From assembly GCF_000150275.1 (NCBI RefSeq), contig NW_002060960.1, positions 431,702 to 495,701 on the forward strand: a DNA stretch of 64,000 bases, written 5' to 3'. The position numbers and the translations under genes are program-made. The notes under the pieces were generated by a model, which worked only from the letters and a program-made list of their open reading frames with translations, did no database searches and was not told where the DNA came from. The first letter of the stretch is position 1; each line of letters begins with the position of its first letter. Origin of the DNA: Trichoplax adhaerens. Lineage: Eukaryota; Animalia; Placozoa. This document shows positions 54,991 through 64,000 of the stretch, one piece after another.

Positions 54991-57900
54991 AATTAAGCAA
55001 CATACGCGTATACATACAGTACAATGCACTATACCGCATACAGTATCCCTTCAACGTTCCAAATGAAAAGGCCCAATATCCCTCGAGAACAGCGTAGCAC
55101 GGCTAAAATCAACTGTGTGAGATATCGTATTTACTACTCCAGTGATGAACAAAATCGTAATGAAAAGGTAGCGGATGCATCATTAGAAGGAAAATTGCAA
55201 TCACGATACTGAAATTTTATACCCAACCGAACTTAAACTTATCAGTAAACTATTTCGCCAGAAAAAAAATTCTGCGACATTTCTTACGCAATATACTATT
55301 TCTATCTATATATGGTATGAAGATGGTAACGTATTCAATCGATTTCACACTAAATACGTACAGAACAAACATCAATTCTCAGTTGTTGAGTCGTGCCATA
55401 GTAAAGTATTATAAGCATAGATACGATATTATAAATAAACTCGTATTCTAAAAATAAATTTATTTGCAGGCCATACTATTAATTAATGTGTACTGTATAA
55501 GTAAATACGGTAAATAGAATTGATTATGTATTAACTTTTCCATTGGCCATCTTCAAATCAGTGCTTTGCACGATGAGGGTCTAGAGTATGGTATCATGGT
55601 TCTCAAAGGATTGAAATTAAAGAATTTTTGGTCTAGAGGATAATTAAGGATTTCAGTACGATGTTAACTTACATTTATTGTACGATGACATAATTATTTC
55701 AAGAACAAATAATTTTATTTTTTGTCTATAGCTAATATAATATCTTAACTATTTAGTCGCGATGCCTATCATTATAATGTGTCTAAGGATCGCTTGCGTA
55801 TGCAAGCAAAGCTTGCTCTGTCGATAACAACCGTTATAAGAAAATGTAACAATCAAAATGACTGTGTAGAAAACTCTATAAAGATTGTATGTTCATTCAA
55901 TTTTCATCAGAGTATTGCATCAAATCAAAATTGAAAGGCCCAAAGGCCACCCTTAGCGATATAACGAATACTGTTTTAAAAATCAGTACTCTGCAGAAAT
56001 GACTACCTTACAGCTATTTGTTTTACATGAAGAAATCTTGAGGTTAAGGTACTGTAAGAATCTTATACTGACCTATTGAAATGAACCCATAATCACAGCT
56101 ATCTATCAGTAGTATAAATGCCCCCCGCGCTGCTCGTTTAAAAGGTTGGGTGGGTGGGATATCACATTTCATTCTGTATCAAATTGATCCTTACTGACCT
56201 TCTTGCAAAGATAAGCCTACTAAATACAGGATAACCAGCCATCTTAACAGCGGCGCCATCATGCCGTTTCTGTACTGTAGGTACAAAGACTACAAAATCT
56301 ATTACATAGCAAAGCAAAAGACAACTATCAGCATAAAAAAGTGAGAATTTTCGATATTTTAGCAATAGATGCAATTCAAGATGTGGATAACATAGATTTT
56401 GAATTAGCGTTTTTCAGCATCAGCCAGTTCAATAAAGAAGACTTGTCGATTGTAGAAGGACGACTATTGAAATAAGGAATTGGTTGCATATCTTCTAAAT
56501 TTAGAAAGTACAGCATACGCTACGTGAACGACTATATTTACTGCCTGTTGATAAGGTCGTTAGCAATAGGTATACAAGGTTTCACATCTCATTAACCGAT
56601 TACTAAATAATTATTAAGTGTGCACGAGTATTACATTGCTGCTTGTAAGGACAAAATCTTAAAACTTAATGACTAAATAAAGGTTCTTAAATTAAGAACC
56701 TACTAGCATAAAATGATGCTTATGCCCTTAGAAGGCTTAGATAAATTTGATACATAGACTGTTAATACCAGGAACTAAACTTTGTTGTGGCTACATGCTT
56801 GGTATTACAACTCTAAAATACTAATTTGATAAAGCACTTAAGAAAAGCAGCATAATTTACATTAAGCTTACGCGTATTTAATTGTATTTGATAAAATTCA
56901 AGTAAAATTGCATGCAGCAGAAGAAATGATGGAACATATACTGTATCCTCGTTAGTACTATTTCTGGTTGACTGTAAAATTCTTATGCTATGCACCTACA
57001 AGATTGTCATCTATAGCTTTTAACATACCTAAAAATTTCACTTCGTATTCAATTTTATGAAATATCGAGAAATCGTTTAAATGATTTTTCTAAATCAGTG
57101 CATCAGGATCGTAGATTTACCGATCGTTATGCGTAGATTTTACGAATTTTGTCTATTTTAAAAGCGCTGCAGGGCACTTACTAGAATAAATTGTCTAGAA
57201 TCCCGCTATGACAGCTTCTAAAATGCCTATAGTCTAACATTTATTATAAGGCTACTACAATTAACGACCCTACGCTATTGTAATAAATTTTACAATCTAG
57301 CAATAGCGGGTAGCATATCCCGCAGCTATCATGCTATCATGGGGTTTTGATCCGATCCAGCTGAGTAGTAAATTAGCATAATTAATATCAAAAATATTAC
57401 GGTAAATTTGCGATGAAAACATAAAGCTTGTTAAGCTGTGATAATGTAGTCTTATTATTCTACAGTAACTATTCTTCGCCAAATTTTAGTTGATTATATT
57501 CGATATTAAGTTCATGATCAACTATCACGCAGTGCAGTCGATTTTAATTAGTGTTTTTAAGTACTCGAATTTACTGTAATCTTTTAATTAATAGGTTGTC
57601 TAGTTAGTAACATGATGGAAATAAAACCCTTAATGCTGGTAATTAATCGGAGACTAATGAAAGATAGTACAAAGTAACATTCGTCGCCTAGATTCCTATC
57701 CCGGCTACGTTCAGTATAGCACCGTAAATCACAATTGATCAGACTTTTCGCTATCCATAAGATGTCATCTTTTTGATCAAGGACTGATAAAATCACCATA
57801 ACTTTAGTCATCTTGTACAACGTAATTGTGCTAGATTTTATGTATCAATCTATTTTTGCGATTCCTTGTGGTTTAGTCGTGGAGCGACGCACCCCATATT

Positions 57901-58020
57901 TGATTATGTGGATTGCTGTATTTGATATAGTCAAGTTACTAAGAATACATATTTTCGTGAAGCTAATATTAGATGATTGATAACTACTCTATTCGAAATT
58001 GTTGATAACTAATATTAGTA

Positions 58021-58275
58021 TTATCGTAAAATAATATTCTAAAAGTATAATATTATAAGAACATAATCCGTCAGCAAAGCAACGGGAGTTTGTATAATTA
58101 TAACAACGTAATCCGTTTGCATAGCAACGCAAGGCCGAGTCACGTTTGAAGTATTATTGTAAAACAATATTCTATAAGTATAATATTATAAAAGCATAAT
58201 CCGTCAGCAAAGCGACGGGAGTTTTTGATATTATAACAATGTAATCCGTCAGCATAGCGACGGGAGTTTGTACTG
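58021..58275 (+). mobile_element. Cluster of four Helitron-3'-end-like hairpins in a ~133-bp tandem duplication
   Basis: ccgtcagca(a/t)agc(g/a)acgggagttt at 58068, 58201 and 58246, with a degenerate copy at 58113. Stem CCGTC/GACGG. Confidence 0.5.
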
Positions 58276-59578
58276 ATGAGGTTCTATTTAAGAAAAATTA
58301 TTTCATTTGATGATTTATGTCTGATTGCAGACTAATCAAGTTGTCGTAAATGGATTTAGCGAAATACATTTAAGAACTGCAGAGATGAGCTCATAAGGGA
58401 GAAGAGACTTCACTTCACTCTGAGCTTGGAATACTTTATATTTTAGACTAGATTCTTGCAGTAATCAATTATTGCTCTACTATTCCTAAAACCTTGAAAT
58501 GAAAGCCTTTTAAAATCTAGCATTGACTAAGACAGTTATTGTGAGACACTTTAATTACAGGTCGACATAAAAAAGTACTGCAAATAGTAACTGTTGCGAT
58601 ACGTAGTAAACTTTTTATTCCCTAAGCTAAAGCTATCCGATCATTCTTTCATACAAATCCGAGCCAAACAGTATCCATCAGTATCGTTCTCCAGCGATAC
58701 AAGATTAATTACCACGATCGCCATTGTAAGATGTAAAGTCAAGATCGTAAACAGATCATCACTAGCTCTTGAAAAATTCATAATAAATACTCGTTTCGTC
58801 ACAATTTAAATGGAAGAAACTATTGCCTTCTTCCTTAATTAAAGTCTTACGTCACTAAATAGTATGGTTACCATTTCCATAACTTAATAGCCGCTTCTAC
58901 TAAGAATAACTAATTCACCATCTTCTTTACAATTTACCAAACATCAACTATTTATGCCTTTTCAGATTTGATATAACAAAGTATTATGTTGAAGAACTAC
59001 GTATTTATGTTGATTTGGTAACTTTATTACAGTAGCATAGTCATATCTGATAATCTTGTATGACAAGGATAATAGTTATATGTTATGTTATATAACATTG
59101 GTTAATCATATGCATAGCTTTAAGTCTGATGAGGAATCTATGCTGTTATTTCTTTACGTAAGCGCGTAAGGCTATCTTCAAATTGTGTACTTCTACTTTG
59201 CCATTGCAACAAGCGACTCAAGATCAGATTTTTTTATGCTCCTTTTAAGATATTCTATGATTAAAGCTTAATTACTAGATTTGTCATGTTTGTTAACGAC
59301 CTCTAATCAAGCCTAGACCGTAAATAGGCGTAGTTGTTGCTTTCCTATATATGCGTCGAGAGAGTCTGCTTGAGTTTAACCTTTACCGAAAGCTAACACT
59401 ATGCTGTATTAGACAGTACTGTGCAACTTGATAATTTATTATGAATTCATGAAGTCCCTGGTTATGTATATCTATCTTCAGATACATCAAGATAGTAGTC
59501 CATGAGGGTGCATACTTTTTTCTAGTTTAAAGCGCAAATATAGCTATAAAAGTTAAAGTACTTATAACCGAGTCAAGT

Positions 59579-61855
59579 ATGGTTGGATATAGAGGTAAAA
59601 TTAAAATGGATACAAGAAGACTATCGCAGTCAAGCAATTCAACTCAAGCGGGGCCAAAAAGCTTAAAATATTCAAGTGGGAAAAAATTTGCTAAAGTCTG
59701 GAGGCAAGCAGTAAAGAATGGTGACAAAAAATTTTTCTTAAGAATTCAATATGATCCATTTGTCATTAGTACAATCACTACAACGGCTGAAGAACACTCG
59801 CATATGTCTTTTATGGCTAAGCTTGTTAAAAAAAATAATTTAGCCATCTTGGAAACCATTTTACAAGCTATACAGAATCCAAGATTGTTGGATAATCTAG
59901 CACAAATGGCTTGGAGAAGTAGAGAAGAAACTGCAAGGATAAAAACACTAAGAGCCGCCAGATTGCTTCAGAAAGAAACAAAAGCTTCCACATTGCTTCA
60001 AAATGAAAATGGAAGCTATACTGAATCCGTGAATCGAGATATTCAGGCTGCCTATCAGGATCAGGATAAAATTACAAACTTAGAAGATGATTCTTTAGTC
60101 TGCGAAAATCAAGAACATATAACACATTTAAAAAATCAAGGATATTTATTACACTTACTAAAAGCTCAAGATAATGATGGAAAAACTCTTTTGCATCACG
60201 CTACTAAAAAGAACAATGAAGATATTGTTAACCTACTTTTAGAACATGCCACTATGGTAGATAATCAAGATCGTGATATTTGTTCAGCTTTGGTAAATAT
60301 ACAAGATCATGATCATCATTCAGCTTTATCTTATGCAGTAATAAGTAAAAACGAAGAAATAGTTAAACTGCTTACAAAGCATGGTGCAGATACAAATATT
60401 AAATTTCAAGATAATTACAATATTCATTTACCATTCACTTTTACTTCACCTGGATTTTGTTTTACACTTTTGTTTATTGCGGTTTCACAAAACAATTTTA
60501 ATATAGCCAGGCTCCTTATAGAAAGCGGAGCGGATGCAAATATTAGTAATGACGATGGCACAACTCCTTTACTTTATGCAGCTAAGCAAGGACAATTTGA
60601 TATAGCTAAACTACTTGTAGATAATGGAGCTGAGGTAAATATTAAACAAAATAATGGTAAGACCCCCTTATATAATATAGAATTATACCCGAACGGCGGT
60701 TTTGATGATGACTTTGAAATCGTAGATGCAGAATTAGTTGAATTTCTTATTAATAGTGGTGCAGAAATAGATTTTAAAGATAGCAAAACACAACATTTTT
60801 TTATTTTTTTTGCTCAAGAAAATAATATGATAATGGTTCGGAAAATTTTAGAAGCTGCAGAAAATTATGATGATTTAAAATTTATTCTAAACGCTAAAAG
60901 CGATTGCAGAAAATTAGCTCTACACCATGCTGTAGAAAGAGGTAATGAGGAGATTGTTGAACTGATGTTAAAATATGGTGCTCCAGTGAATTTTCGAGCC
61001 TGTAGAGGCAAAACGGCTTTGCATTACGCATCCGAGAGTGCCTATGTGAAAATAGTTAAAACGTTGATAGATAGAGGAGCAAGAATACTTATGAAAGATA
61101 GAGATGACAACACAGCTTTGCACTATGTTGCTAGAAAGAATGTAGAAATAGTTGGCGAGTTGTTAAAAGGAATAAGAAATAGAGAAAAAGAATATATTCC
61201 AGGGCCATGGATAGATCAAAGAAGGTTAGTTGAATCACAGCAGCAGGCAGTTAGTAATTTCCTTCTTATACAAAATGATGATGGCAAAACAGCTTTGCAT
61301 TACGCTGCTGAATCTAGTAACACAAAAATAGTAGAAGAGCTGATAACCGCAATAAGGCCGCAAAAATGTATAGAACTCGAAGACACTATAGCGCAGGAGG
61401 AAGAAATACAGAAAATAAGAAGAACAAGAAATGGAGAAAAAGAACATATGCAAGGGCTAAGGGTAAATCAAAGAAAGTTAGCTGAATCGCAGCAGCAGGC
61501 AGTTAGTAATTTCCTTCAAATACGAGATAATGATGGCAAAACAGCTTTGCATTACGCTGCTGAATCTAGTAACACAAAAATACTAGAAGAGCTGATAACC
61601 GCTATAAGGCCGCAAAAATGTATAGAACTCGAAGACACTATAGCGCACGAGGAAGAAATACAGAAAATAAGAAGAACAAGAAATGGAGAAAAAGAATGTA
61701 TGCAAGGGCTAAGGATAGATCAAAGAAAGTTAGCTGAATCGCAGCAGCAGGCTGTTAGTAATTTCCTTCAAATACGAGATAATGATGGCAAAACAGCTTT
61801 GCATTACGCTGCTGAATCTAGTAACACAAAAATACTAGAAGAGCTGATAACCGCT
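59579..61855 (+). CDS. Intronless ankyrin-repeat protein, truncated by the assembly gap
   Basis: Multiple G.T.LH.A...G..EIV.LL...GA..N units. The C-terminal part is a 252-bp (84-aa) tandem repeat with anchors at 61283, 61535 and 61787. An alternative start is the ATG at 59606. Confidence 0.88.
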
Positions 61856-61905
61856 NNNNNNNNNNNNNNNNNNNNNNNNNNNNNNNNNNNNNNNNNNNNN
61901 NNNNN
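61856..61905. other. Assembly gap (50 N)
   Basis: Run of n bases. Confidence 1.
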
Positions 61906-62746
<841 letters not shown>

Positions 62747-64000
62747 ATAATTAAACAATGAACTTTGATAAATGTGAGAAATTTCATTTTATCGTAATGA
62801 CCTTTCAGTCTTTAATTTCCGACAGCTATATCCTTTATATAGGTAGCTTATTACGGTATAGCTATTTATTATGAGAAAAGAATATTTAGTAGGAAATTAT
62901 CAGTTGCTAAGTAGATGCTTCACTGCACAGTTATTGGGAAGGTGAAGAATTAAACGGAATTATTTTTCGGAAACATTCTTCTTATTCTATTATTTGTAAT
63001 AGCAATAACGAGAATAATTTCAAAATCTAATTACATGTATGTAATCTCATCCCAAACTGGTTTAGCATAAAAAACCTTCAAAATATACCGTAAGATATAG
63101 ATAAATTACTAAGGTGTATCCATTTGGTATGCAGGTTTGTATGCCAGTAATAAAAAATTGTAATTTTAGACATGGAATTGCTATTTGTTTGATGTTATAT
63201 TTACGACAATGTCCCTAGTCTTTGTTCGATGAGTATTCCCAGCTCGTACATATAGAACTAAGACTGGTTATTTTGAAGTAACTGCTATTATAATGTAATA
63301 AAACTAAAGTTTATAGGATTAGCGAAATAGTAAGCAGATAATTCGAAGTTATAGTATGATAATTGCTGCTATAGATGCTTAGGGTATACTAATATATACG
63401 CGTATATACCTCTACATTAATAATTTCACCGGCTTTAGTCGGCCAAAAATATTTTAAGTGCTTTTGTTAGCAACACCTTAAGATCGTAAATAATTATTAT
63501 TTATTGAGCTGAGATTATGCTAACATCTACTAATGAACAAAATAAAATACTGTGGTGCTATACAACTAATTGATTACCTGTACTGTACATGTCAGGGATA
63601 CTGTTGTACGGTTAAGAATAACCTTTATCCAAATTTCTTGTACAAAATAGAGATAACGTTTCCATTCGGTACAACATAAACTATAGCTAGAACAAACTTA
63701 GCAGGTATAATTCGAAGTTTATTTATTATAAAGAGTTGGCTGATAGCAACAAAAATAAAGCTAAGTACTATATGACAACTTTAAATTATAATACATATGG
63801 ACAGATATCTCAAATTTATCAAAAATATTTTAAATATTCGTGATATAAGTGTTTGATCATATACATAGTTATGCTAGGAATATACTGAAGGACAATATAG
63901 TCGCAGCTGTCTCATTTAAGAGTATAAAGTATTTAATTCGTTAATAAATTAGTAAGACAAAATGTATTTACATCAGTTCCTTACATGATAGCTACCGAGA

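Noticed and set aside
55000-57900. Candidate first (signal peptide) exon of the adhesion GPCR
   Set aside because: No ATG plus hydrophobic segment plus phase-1 donor could be identified with confidence.
58021-58275. Short repeats with spacers resembling a CRISPR array
   Set aside because: Eukaryotic context, the spacers are themselves duplicated, spacing is irregular and there are no cas genes. A Helitron-like end fits better.

Overview
AT-rich, intron-rich eukaryotic DNA with short GT-AG introns and a 50-N assembly gap. Gene style (long intronless 42-aa TPR arrays, compact introns) suggests an early-branching animal such as the placozoan Trichoplax; this is an inference only. Contents in order: a compact GPATCH8/ZNF804-type gene (-), an intronless orphan ORF with a triphosphate-tunnel (CYTH/Cet1)-like motif order (-), a 7-exon phospholipid scramblase (+), an intronless TPR protein of about 28 repeats (-), and the 3' part of a single-pass receptor with an ephrin-receptor-like Cys-rich repeat (+). 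The centrepiece is a ~22-kb adhesion GPCR (-) of about 3,500 aa that the ORF track splits into about 25 pieces: [IgGFc-binding - Ig - Ig]x2 - Ig - FN3x15 - Ig - HRM - GAIN/GPS - 7TM. Its two IgGFc-binding copies differ mainly in short variable patches, while the adjacent intron and Ig exon are nearly identical, a pattern expected of a recognition receptor under diversifying selection. The window ends with an intronless ankyrin gene cut by the gap and a frameshifted ABCC C-terminal fragment. Helitron-like 3' ends, a dispersed ~430-bp repeat present twice in inverted orientation, and several local repeats are also present. All exon boundaries were read by hand and no database searches were run.
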